From an uncultured Acidobacteriota bacterium (GTDB taxonomy: Bacteria; Acidobacteriota; Thermoanaerobaculia; Multivoradales; UBA5704), in contig CAVYRF010000001.1 of assembly GCA_963770895.1 (NCBI GenBank), forward strand, positions 1,440,001 through 1,504,000: DNA of 64,000 bases. Reading direction: 5' to 3'. Both the position numbers and the translations under genes were made by a program. Numbering within the stretch: the first letter of the stretch is position 1; each line of letters begins with the position of its first letter. Positions 1 to 9,567 of this stretch are shown in pieces. The notes beneath the pieces are model-generated. The model saw nothing but the letters and a program-made list of their open reading frames with translations, searched no databases and had not been told where the DNA came from.

Positions 1-426
1 GCCGATGAGCGGTGCGAGCCGCAGTCTGTAGATGGTCAGCGGACGGCGGTCGTGGCGGGCGCGGGTGATGGTGTCGTGGGTGCCGTTGCTGGCGCCGTCC
101 CAGAAGGCGACCAGGTGATCGCAGGTGTCGACGATGCGCTGGTTGCGGATGCGGCCGGCGGCGAAGCGGCCGTCGCGGTCCCAGTCGGCGCGGTGCTCGA
201 CGAAGCGGAGGCAGCGCGCCCGCGCGGTGGTGAGGGCCGTGCGATCGACGCCGCGGGCGTCGCCGGTGACCAGGACGACGCCTTGGGGGAGGGTCGCGAC
301 GAAGCTCTTGACGCGATCGAGGTCGGCGAAGAGGCGCGAGCCGACGACGGCGACGCGGTGGCCTTCGGGGTGGGTGGAGTGGGCGGCGGCGGCGGGGGTT
401 GGCGGGAGGGGATGGAGTGGGTCCAT
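1..426 (-). CDS. SLOG-superfamily (DUF2493/YspA-like) protein, runs off left edge
   Basis: Near-identical to 37348..38073; motifs VAVVGSR, TGDARGVD, IRNQRIVD, LVAFWDGASNGT. Confidence 0.65.
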   Translation of the reverse strand, partial: MDPLHPLPPTPAAAAHSTHPEGHRVAVVGSRLFADLDRVKSFVATLPQGVVLVTGDARGVDRTALTTARARCLRFVEHRADWDRDGRFAAGRIRNQRIVDTCDHLVAFWDGASNGTHDTITRARHDRRPLTIYRLRLAPLIG

Positions 427-896
427 GTCGGAACCTCCTATGGAGGGGCCCGCGGAGGATTCCGCGGGCCTCTCCTGTATCCCCCTTTCTCCCCTGGTTG
501 GCAGGAGTGACCCGGGTCGGCGTCGGCGATGCGCTCGACTGTGAGGACGGCGAACGGCTGTTAGCAGAAGCCACCTCGGTCAAGGGGCGGTGGTTGCCTC
601 CTCCGATCCGTGCGCCGGCTGGTTCGCGCAGTTCCTGGCCTGGCTGCCCCAGGCGCCGCCGGCGCCATCGGCCACGACCCCCGGTCAGTGCACGACCTGG
701 GAAGCCCTCGTCCAAGCCTGGATCAGCCGGCTGCCGCCGCCGGCGCCGCTCGCGTGTCTCACGCCCCAGCCCTGAAGGCCGCCGGCGAAGGGGCCGCCGT
801 GCCGAGCCGGCGGCGCCCCGCTGCGCCCCCATCCCGCGCCGACCGCTCACGCCAGCAGCTGTGCTACCCTGAAGGCGAGCCGTGCCGGACACGACC

Positions 897-1157
897 ATGG
901 GCAGCTACCAGCGACAGGAAGGGATTCGCGTCTTCGAGGCCATCTACGAGGACGGTGTTTTGAAGCCGGTTGAGGACCCGGGTCTCCCGGAGCATCACCG
1001 CTTCTCGGTGCAGGTCCAGGAAGTGCGAGAGGAATCGGGAGCGGCGGCTCTTGCGGCCTGGCACCGGGTGTACGAAGGGCTTTCCGCCGAAGACCAGGCC
1101 GCCGTCGAGGTCATCGCGCTCGACCGCAGCGGTTTTTCCCGCAGTCAGCCGGAATGA
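897..1157 (+). CDS. AF2212/DUF104-like antitoxin
   Basis: FEAIYEDGVLKP motif; overlaps downstream PIN gene (ATGA). Confidence 0.75.
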   Translation: MGSYQRQEGIRVFEAIYEDGVLKPVEDPGLPEHHRFSVQVQEVREESGAAALAAWHRVYEGLSAEDQAAVEVIALDRSGFSRSQPE

Positions 1158-1570
1158 CGAGCGGGCTCGCGCTTCTTGACACCGATACTCTGTCCGAAGT
1201 CATCAAGGGCCGGGATCTCGTCACCCAGCGCAATGCGCAGGCCTATCTGGGCGTTCACCGCCGCCTGCAATTTTCGATCATCACCCGCTACGAGATCTTG
1301 CGTGGTTTGAAGGCGAAGGATGCCTTCGCACAGGTCGAGGCCTTCGAGGTGCAGTGCCGCGGCAGCAGCGTGCTGCCTTTGAACGATGCGATCGTGGTGA
1401 AAGGTGCCGATATCTTCGCGATGCTGCGCACGCGTGGCGAGCCGATCAGCGATGCCGACATCCTGATCGCAGCGACGGCGCTGGTTCACAACCTTGTCCT
1501 GGTCACCAACAACCTGAGGCACTTTCGGCGGATCAGCGATCTTCGTGTGGAGACCTGGCGGTCTCCGTAG
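1154..1570 (+). CDS. vapC: PIN-domain VapC toxin
   Basis: LLDTD, ITRYEI, DADILIAATA, LVTNNLRHF PIN motifs. Confidence 0.9.
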   Translation: MTSGLALLDTDTLSEVIKGRDLVTQRNAQAYLGVHRRLQFSIITRYEILRGLKAKDAFAQVEAFEVQCRGSSVLPLNDAIVVKGADIFAMLRTRGEPISDADILIAATALVHNLVLVTNNLRHFRRISDLRVETWRSP

Positions 1571-1649
1571 GCCCGCTCACGCAGCACCGCCGACGGAGCT
1601 CTCGGCCCGCTTGCCGACCTACGAAGCAGCAAGGCTCGATCGGCACCGC

Positions 1650-3409
1650 TCAGCGGGTCGAGGAGCAGGCGCACGTAGCGCTCACCGCGATGCCGGCGGC
1701 GTTGGCCGTGCAAGCGTTGCCGCAGGTCTTGCCATCGCAGCCGCATACTGGGCTGAAGACGAGCGCGCACGCCTCCGGGATCGGCCGGCAGAGGCCGCCC
1801 GCAGCGCTCAGGCCGCAGCCGGCAGCCAGCAGGTAGTCGCAGAACTGCCCGGCGGCACAAGGTTCGGCATCGGGGACGCCACAAACCTGCATGGGTACGG
1901 CGGGAGTGCACTTGCCGGCCCCCGCGGCGCGATAGATGCGAGCAAAATCGGCGGCGGCAAGAGCGCGATCGAAAACCTCCAGCTCGTCGAGCTTCCCCGC
2001 GTAGTGCTGCGGCGCGCCGAGCTGCGTCAACGCCGGCACGAATCCGATCAGGAACGTCCCGAGGAAGGGCGTGGGGCCGCTCGCGGCGCCGGTGACGGCG
2101 CTGGCGCCGGCAAGCCCATCCAGGTTCTGGGGCGCGAAAGCCTGCGCTATCCGGCCGTCAACATAGAGATGGACGACGACGTTGGCGCCCCCCGGGTCGT
2201 GGGTCAAGGTCGCGCCGACCAGGTGCCAGCGATCGTCGGCGAGCTGACTGCACGCCGGCACGCTACAGGTACCGCCCGCGCCGAGAACCGCAAAGCGCAG
2301 CGCGCCGCCGCTCAGGCTGAGCTCCCAACCCACCGGCACATCGTCCGGTGCCGCGAGCTTCCCGGCGAGCGGCGCGTCGAGCTGGCCGGTGCGGATCCAG
2401 GCATCGATCGTGTAGCCCGCTCCGTTCACCAGATTCGGGTCCAGCATCGCATCGGCGGCCACGCTGGCAGCGCCGGACGCGCCGTCGAAGGCGAGGGCGC
2501 GGCCGACCCTGCCGCTGGTATGACCGACGCCCGAAAGCGTCGCGTCGTGCGGTCCCGAGAAGTGTCCCGCGATGTCGGCGGCAAGGGTACCGGTCGTCTC
2601 GTCGAAGGGCCACCAGGCTACGGGGTGCGCCGGCAGCGGCGCGCATTTGCACTTGCCGGCGGGCCGGACCTGGCGATGTCGCGGACCTCCGGTGCGCTGA
2701 GCCGCCGGCTGAAGATCTCGACCTCGTCGAGGACGCCTGCCCACGAAGGCGACGGGCCTTGCGCCTCGGCGCCGAGCAGCAAGGGCGCGGCGTTGGACAG
2801 CGAGCCATTGTGGGCATTGGCCGTCAGCGTGTCCTGCGCCGCGCCGTCGACAAAGAAAGTGATCGTCAAGGGCTGGCGGGTTACCGTCACCGCAACGTGG
2901 TGGAAGGCGCCGTCGGCGGCAACATGGGCGAGCTTCGAAACGTAGTTATCATGGGTGCCGTCGGCGACTTGCAGCCCCAAGGCGCCCCCATAAAGAAAGA
3001 GCTCGTAGCCGGTGACGAGCGCTCCGGCGAAGGACCGCTTGTCCACGATCGACCGCACGCCCTGGATTTGGGCCGGTAACACCCAGGCGTCGAGCGTGAA
3101 GTCGCCGGTGCCGACGTTCAAGACGGCGCTGTCGGGGACCTGCACGTAGTCGCTGGCACCGTCGAAGGACAGCGCGCCGGCGACGGCGCCCGGCACCGGC
3201 TGCGGGCTGCCGACGAAAAACCCGTCGTTGGCGGCCACCAGGTCCCCCGAAACCGTGCCCGCCGTCTCGTCGAGCGGCCACCAGGCGACCAGGCCCTGCG
3301 GCGGGCCGACACAGGCCTTCCCCGGCGGCGCCACGGCAGGGGCAGCGGCGGCCGCGAGCCACCCTGGTGTTGCCAGCCAGCCGGCGAGCAGAGCCGAAGC
3401 CACGAGCAT
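1650..3409 (-). pseudogene. Secreted protein with two LamG-like domains and a C-terminal Kazal-like domain, frameshifted near 2660
   Basis: Signal-like N-terminus; two VAWWP(L/F)DE...ALxFDG...LDE(V/L)E units split across ORFs 2618..3472 and 1650..2744; PVCGCDGKT..NAC motif. Confidence 0.7.
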
Positions 3410-3432
3410 GATCGTCTCCTTGGCGCGCCGTT

Positions 3433-4195
3433 TCAGAACGCCTGGGTACCGACGAAATACCCAAAACCGCACAGCCCGGCGAAACCGCCGGCCTGCTGCG
3501 CCACCGCGACAAGGTTGTAACCGCTGCCGCCGGTGCCCTGCACCTGCAATACCTTGCCGTTGCCCAGGGTGACGAAGGTGTAGGTCCCGACCTCGGCAAG
3601 GTCCGCTACCGGCGAGGCGAAGTTGGTCGAGCCGACCAGGTAGTTGTACCCCGCCACGGTGGCGAAGCCGCCGCCTGTCTCCGTCACGGCGAACATGTTG
3701 TGGCCGGTGCCGCCGGTGCCGGTGACCTTGAGCAGCCTGCCGCTCTCCATCCCCAAGAGCGTCTGACCCGCCGCGAACGCCAGCGAGGTCACCGGCGAGC
3801 TGAACTTCTGGTCACCGACATAGTAGGGATAGGGCGATACGCCCTGGATGCTGCCCGCGGACTCGAGGACGGCAAACATGTTATGGCCGGTGCCGCCGGT
3901 GCCAGCGACCTTGAGCAGCTTGCCGTCGCTCAGCCCGACCAGCGTCACTCCCATCCCGAAGCTCAGCTGGACCACCGCCTCGTTGAACTTCTGGTCGCCG
4001 AGGTAGTGGGCGTAGCCCGCGACGCTGCTGAACCCGCCGCTGGTCTCGACGACCGCGAACATATTGTGGCCCGTGCCTCCGCTGCCGTTCTCCTTCAGCA
4101 TCTTGCCGTCGACAAGGCCGATGATCGTCTGGCCCGGGACCGCCAGGACGCTGCTCACGGCAGCCCCGAACTTCTGATCGCCGACATAGTAGGGC
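3433..4195 (-). pseudogene. 5'-truncated protein with four ~61-aa tandem repeats
   Basis: Repeated GDQKF...G(K/R)LLKV.GTGGTGHNMFAV units; no plausible start before the CRISPR trailer. Confidence 0.6.
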
Positions 4196-4362
4196 CGGCC
4201 GTCAGGCCGGGCAAGCCTCCGGTGGGAGCTGCCGCGGTGGCCGGTGAGTCGGTCGCCGCCACCGGCGACCTGGGCGGCACCGCGGAGCTCGCCGCCGCCT
4301 ACGTCATGTACACCTTGGGCTCGACCGGTCGGGTGCACCGGTAGTCGCAACCCGAACTCATT

Positions 4363-5661
4363 GTCGCAATCCCACCGCACGCATCAGGTCTTCTCCGACA
4401 ATATCCAGGCCCGACGATCAAGGAGGCGCTGCAAAAGTCGCAATCCCACCGCACGCATCAGGTCTTCTCCGACGGTCGGGCGCGTGTCGAAGAACAAGGC
4501 CGAAGACATGTCGCAATCCCACCGCACGCATCAGGTCTTCTCCGACTCAGAGCGAAATCAAGGCGCAAGAAGTGAACGGCTCCTTGGGTCGCAATCCCAC
4601 CGCACGCATCAGGTCTTCTCCGACGTTGTCGACAAGCTCAAGGTGGAAGACGTCCAGAAGTCGCAATCCCACCGCACGCATCAGGTCTTCTCCGACGCAG
4701 GCGGCCGGCCAGACCGATCCCGCCGAACTCCAGAAGAAAGTCGCAATCCCACCGCACGCATCAGGTCTTCTCCGACCATGTCGCAGCACTCCTGGGAAAT
4801 TGTGCGGGTAAGTCGCAATCCCACCGCACGCATCAGGTCTTCTCCGACGTCGGCCGGTCACTTCTTCGAGCCGGTGAAAATCGGTCGCAATCCCACCGCA
4901 CGCATCAGGTCTTCTCCGACGACCTCGCGGTCGATTCGGTCCGAGAGGCACAGAAAGTCGCAATCCCACCGCACGCATCAGGTCTTCTCCGACCGGGACC
5001 GGGGCTGATCTCTATGCGCAGTGCTCTGCGTCGCAATCCCACCGCACGCATCAGGTCTTCTCCGACCAAATCATGCCGGATGGCAAGTTGCGGCTGGTGG
5101 TAGTCGCAATCCCACCGCACGCATCAGGTCTTCTCCGACGCACGCCGGCACACAGGTGGCCAAGCAGATGGAAAAGAGTCGCAATCCCACCGCACGCATC
5201 AGGTCTTCTCCGACCTGGCCATCTTCGTGATGGCGATCAAGGACGAGAAGTCGCAATCCCACCGCACGCATCAGGTCTTCTCCGACGTTCTCTTAGTATC
5301 GGGCTCGGTGCGCCAGTTACGGAGTCGCAATCCCACCGCACGCATCAGGTCTTCTCCGACGCGGCGGTTCGCGGTGGCGGTATGACGCAAGACGAAACAG
5401 TCGCAATCCCACCGCACGCATCAGGTCTTCTCCGACCTTGAAGCGCTGAAAGGCGCCCGCCGGCGTCTCGTCGGCGTCGCAATCCCACCGCACGCATCAG
5501 GTCTTCTCCGACATGACTGCTGCCGGAGCCATCGTCGCTGCCGCGATCATGGGTCGCAATCCCACCGCACGCATCAGGTCTTCTCCGACAGGGAGAGGCC
5601 GTATTGGTCGCATAGAGAGTCGAGGTCGCAATCCCACCGCACGCATCAGGTCTTCTCCGAC
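4363..5661 (-). CRISPR. CRISPR array 1: 18 repeats, 17 spacers; repeat (minus) GTCGGAGAAGACCTGATGCGTGCGGTGGGATTGCGAC
   Basis: 37-bp identical repeats with unique spacers; leader and cas2 on the right; ATTGCGAC 3' end resembles a type III handle. Confidence 0.99.
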
Positions 5662-5880
5662 TGCTGGATTTATAACTCCTTTCCCCTCAATGAGTTGAGG
5701 TCTATTCGGCCGTTACCTGGCAAATGACGTCCCCGCGACGCTCCGGTCTGACTCGGTTTCAATCATGCTTTGGAGGCGGAAACCTCTGAAACGACGCGGC
5801 TTGCAGCCGCGGCCGTTACCTGGGTGCCGATTTGGCGAAAATGGGTTGGCACGGTTGATGCCATTCCATAAGCGCCATGA
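5662..5880 (-). promoter_or_regulatory. CRISPR leader 1
   Basis: Relatively AT-rich; homologous to 9269..9488 and 22437..22655. Confidence 0.85.
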
Positions 5881-6156
5881 TCAGACGACATAAACCTCCG
5901 GATCTTCGGTTACCACGCCGGTCCCCAGGATCATGATCTTCGGAGCGCATTCCTTACAAATGCGATAGATCCGCACGCTGTCCTTGCTCTCGTCGATCAC
6001 CTTGCCCAGCCGCCGCGCCATGACCTCCAGCTGCTCAAGGTCGAGCCGGCACTCGAACACCGAGAGCTGCACGCGCGCGCCGAAGTCCTTCAGCACGTTG
6101 GACACCTTGGTGCGCCGGCGGTTGTCGACCACATCATACGAAATCACGGTCAGCAT
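5881..6156 (-). CDS. cas2: CRISPR-associated endonuclease Cas2
   Basis: MLTVISYDVVDNRRR...RVQLSVFEC...DSVRIY, 91 aa. Confidence 0.97.
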   Translation of the reverse strand: MLTVISYDVVDNRRRTKVSNVLKDFGARVQLSVFECRLDLEQLEVMARRLGKVIDESKDSVRIYRICKECAPKIMILGTGVVTEDPEVYVV

Positions 6157-7142
6157 GGGTACCGGAATCCCGCGTACGGCTCGCCCTCCAGGAGGTGCCG
6201 AGCGAGCCGCTCCGCCTGACGGCGGAAGATCTGGCGGAAGCCGAGCGTCTGGCCGCCGAACGCCATCGGAGTCGTCATCTCCTTCTCGTAGGCCGCAAAG
6301 TAACGCTTGAGCGCCGGCGGCGTCAGGAAGACGCCGCGCTCGGCCGTGCCCGTGAAGTCCGCCGGTGCGAGCACGCCGAGGTTCAGAAGGTTGGTGGTCC
6401 AACGGTCGACGAGCGGCGCGCGCAGCTCCTCGAGCAGGTCGAGCGCCAGGGAGGGGCGGCCGTAGTCCAGCTGATGGAAGATCCCCAGGTACGGATCGAA
6501 GCCGATGGCGTTGAGCAGGGCCTGGATCTCGTTGCCCACCAGGACGTAGCCCAGCGACAGAAGCGCGTTGACCGGATCGCGCGGCGGCCGGCGGTTGCGG
6601 CCGTCGAAGCCGTACACCTCCGGCACCATTGCGGCCAGCAGCGGGAAATATGCGGCCGCCGCGGCGCCCTCGAAGCCGCGCAGCGAGTCGAGTGAGGCGG
6701 CGCCGGCGGCACCGTCGAGGTGACGCTCGAGATCCGCGACCGCCTCGGCGGCGATCGCCTCGGGGTGGTTGGCGCGAAACCGACGCGCCACGGCGACGCT
6801 GTTCGCGATCTTGCAACAGACCAGCTCCCGCGCCAGCGGCAGGCACCGCTCCTCGCTCCGGCTCAGCTCGTACTGGCGCATCCGCAACGGCACGTTCTTC
6901 GCCTTGGGTGGCGTGAGCTGGCCGCGGAGCTTGCCAGCGCGCGACAGAAGCGCCAGCTCGATCCCGTGGTCGAGCAGCTCGGCGAGCGCCTGCGTGGTCA
7001 CCTGGACGTTGCCATAGAGGAGGACCGCCTCGAGCTTGAGGCACGGCACGTCGAGCAGGGTCGTCCTGTCCTTCTCAACGACCAGACGGTCACCGGTTTT
7101 GCGCACGATCGCGTTCTGCTCGGTGATGTAGAGCGTCGCCAC
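6150..7142 (-). CDS. cas1: CRISPR-associated endonuclease Cas1
   Basis: TLYITEQ start, RGFEGAAAAAYF, RRPPRDPVNALLSLGY, GIFH, LALDLLEE; GTG start with RBS. Confidence 0.97.
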   Translation of the reverse strand: MATLYITEQNAIVRKTGDRLVVEKDRTTLLDVPCLKLEAVLLYGNVQVTTQALAELLDHGIELALLSRAGKLRGQLTPPKAKNVPLRMRQYELSRSEERCLPLARELVCCKIANSVAVARRFRANHPEAIAAEAVADLERHLDGAAGAASLDSLRGFEGAAAAAYFPLLAAMVPEVYGFDGRNRRPPRDPVNALLSLGYVLVGNEIQALLNAIGFDPYLGIFHQLDYGRPSLALDLLEELRAPLVDRWTTNLLNLGVLAPADFTGTAERGVFLTPPALKRYFAAYEKEMTTPMAFGGQTLGFRQIFRRQAERLARHLLEGEPYAGFRYPC

Positions 7143-7147
7143 CGCTG

Positions 7148-8089
7148 CTATCCCTTCTCTCGCAGCTCGAGATAGGTCAGCAGGTCGAGCGGCGGCGGCA
7201 GCGTCGGTGCGCTCGGTTCGGGCTTCGCCGGATCGAACGGTAGATAGATGGCGTCCTTCAGGAAGGTTGCGCCCAGGAACTTGAAACCTTGCTCGAACGA
7301 GCTGGTATGCGTCTTCTCCTGGTTGAGGCGCAGCTCGAGCTGCGCCAGGAGGTATTCGGTCAGCTCGAGCGCCTCGCCGGCCTCCGCGGCGCTTTTGCAC
7401 AGGATGAGCAGGTTGTCGGCGTAGCGCACCACGGTCTTGCCGAACAGCGCGAGGTTCTCGTCGAGCTCGTCGAGGAAGAGGTTGGCGAGCATCGGCGAGA
7501 CGACCGGCCCCTGCGCGATGCCTCGCTGCGGCCGGTACACCCGCTCGCCGTCGTAGATCTCCGCCCTGATCCAGCCCTCGAAGAGCGCGAAAAGTGCAGG
7601 TTCGAGGCGCAGCCTGCGCAGGCGGTCGAGCAGGCGATCGTGTGCAATCTGGCCGAAGAAGTCCTCAATGTCGGCGTCCACGAGGAAGCGGTAGCCCGCC
7701 TGGCGCAGCTCGTCCACGCGGCGGATCGCGCTCTTGACCGACCGACCGGGGCGAAAGGCGTAGCTGCACTGTTCGAGCTCGGCCTCGAAGCGGTCCTTGC
7801 TCACCAGGTAGGCCGCGGTTTGGGCGACGCGATCGCGCACCGTGGGCACCGCGAGGTAGCGGATGCCGTGCCGCGGCTTGGGGATCGGAAAGCGGAGCAG
7901 AGGGTAGGGGTGGTAGCGCCGGCTGCGCAGGCGGTCCTCGAGGTGGTCCAGCTCCTGCTCCAGCCGCTCGGCGAAGCGGCCGAGCGTGGTGCCGTCGGCG
8001 CCGCGGCAGCCGCTGTTGCCGCGCACCCGCTCGAAGGCGGCACGCAGCGTCCGCCTCGCGCAGAGATCCTCGATCGTAGGTTCGAGCAC
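7148..8089 (-). CDS. CRISPR-associated group II intron-like reverse transcriptase, stand-alone, YADN motif
   Basis: GADG, IPKP..RYLAVPTVRDRVAQ, SYAFRPGRS, DADIEDFF, GIAQG..SPMLAN, RYADN, GFKFLG; ends 5 bp before cas1. Confidence 0.93.
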   Translation of the reverse strand: MLEPTIEDLCARRTLRAAFERVRGNSGCRGADGTTLGRFAERLEQELDHLEDRLRSRRYHPYPLLRFPIPKPRHGIRYLAVPTVRDRVAQTAAYLVSKDRFEAELEQCSYAFRPGRSVKSAIRRVDELRQAGYRFLVDADIEDFFGQIAHDRLLDRLRRLRLEPALFALFEGWIRAEIYDGERVYRPQRGIAQGPVVSPMLANLFLDELDENLALFGKTVVRYADNLLILCKSAAEAGEALELTEYLLAQLELRLNQEKTHTSSFEQGFKFLGATFLKDAIYLPFDPAKPEPSAPTLPPPLDLLTYLELREKG

Positions 8090-8413
8090 GTTGGTACCTC
8101 AACCGTCCTGGGTGAGACACCATCATTCGGGAATTGGGTGTGCCTTTCGTTCGGTCAGTCTGCAGGCGCGGGGGTATCACTGACCTTGGCAAGGCTGGCG
8201 GCCGTCACCAGCGGCGCGCTGATGCCAGTGCTGGTGCCTTCTGAATGCTTTGGGCGCTGGGGCTGCCGACGGCCTCCCAGGTAAGTGTCGGACAGTGTTG
8301 CTGGCTTGGGTTCTTCAACTGGGGGCGGCCAATCAGGAGGTGAGCGAGGCTTCTACGGCGACGACGGCCCGTGCGGCGGGACAGCGGATCGCTCTGCGAG
8401 AAGTCGCGACCTT

Positions 8414-9268
8414 GTCGCAGCCCCCCACCGCACGCGTCAGGTCTTCTCCGACCGCAAGAACACGGCCTCATCGTGGCTGCCGACACGATTTGTCGCAATC
8501 CCACCGCACGCCTCAGGCCTTCTCCGACCAGTACCCCATCAACTGCAACTGCACCTTGGAAGAGTCGCAGTCCCACCGCACGCGTCAGGTCTTCTTCGAC
8601 TCATTGTCCCTCAGAACAAGCTGGCGATCGTCATCAAGAGGTCGCAATCCCACCTCACGCCTCAGGTCTTCTCCGACGAGGTCGGCGTCGAAAGGGTAGC
8701 CCGGGGAATGCAGAAGTCGCAATCCCACCTCACGCCTCAGGTCTTCTCCGACTCAACAACTACTGGGAGGACGATGCCGATCCGAGCTGGGTCGCAATCC
8801 CACCTCACGCCTCAGGTCTTCTCCGACGTGGCGGGTCGCTACGGTTCCAACCTGGCGAACATCGTCGCAATCCCACCTCACGCCTCAGGTCTTCTCCGAC
8901 GTGTTGGTCAACGTCGACGACGGCCGCCTGCGTCAGAGTCGCAATCCCACCTCACGCCTCAGGTCTTCTCCGACTTGGCTGGTGGCGGCCAGGCCGCAGG
9001 TGGGGAAAAGGTCGCAATCCCACCTCACGCCTCAGGTCTTCTCCGACCTTCCACAAGGGCTTCGTGGAAATTCATAGATAGATGGAGTCGCAATCCCACC
9101 TCACGCCTCAGGTCTTCTCCGACCTTGATCCAAATCTCAAAGGACCCGCCCATGTGGATGTCGCAATCCCACCTCACGCCTCAGGTCTTCTCCGACCGAC
9201 CACGATATCTACACTATCGTCCTCGCTGAGAGTCGCAATCCCACCTCACGCCTCAGGTCTTCTCCGAC
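8414..9268 (-). CRISPR. CRISPR array 2: 12 repeats (three degenerate at the left/trailer end), 11 spacers
   Basis: Plus-strand repeat GTCGCAATCCCACCTCACGCCTCAGGTCTTCTCCGAC. Confidence 0.98.
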
Positions 9269-9488
9269 TCCTGGGTTTGTAACCTCTTTTCCTTCAATAA
9301 ATTAAGGATCACTCGGCCGTTACCTGGCAGAGTTCGCCCCGCAATGCTTCGGCCGGGCTCGGGGTTTAACCCGGCCTGGAAGATGGAAATCACTGAAACA
9401 AAGTAGCTTGCAGCCATGGCCGTTACCTGGGTGCCAATTTGGCGAAATCGGGTTGGCACGATTGCTGCCGTTCCCATAGATGCCATGA
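9269..9488 (-). promoter_or_regulatory. CRISPR leader 2
   Basis: Diverged homolog of leaders 1 and 3. Confidence 0.8.
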
Positions 9489-9560
9489 TCAGGAGACATA
9501 AACCTCCGGGCTTTCCTGTATCCCGCCTGTTCCCAGGAATATCACCTCCTGAGCTCTCCA
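9489..9560 (-). pseudogene. cas2: 3' remnant of cas2
   Basis: Translates IFLGTGGIQESPEVYVS* versus intact MILGTGVVTEDPEVYVV*; same position relative to the leader. Confidence 0.7.
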
Positions 9561-9567
9561 ACACCCA

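Noticed and set aside
590-775. 61-aa Pro/Trp-rich ORF
   Set aside because: No RBS or recognisable family; possibly a fragment.
4244-5698. Long ORFs across the CRISPR arrays (SQSHRTHQVFSD, VAIPPHASGLLR repeats), also in arrays 2 and 3
   Set aside because: Translations of stop-free repeats and spacers, not genes.
6150-8089. RT-Cas1 fusion
   Set aside because: The RT has its own stop, and cas1 has its own RBS and GTG in a different frame.
7148-8089. Group II intron, retron or DGR interpretation of the RT
   Set aside because: No maturase domain, intron end structure or TR/VR pair seen; coupling to cas1-cas2 fits a CRISPR RT.
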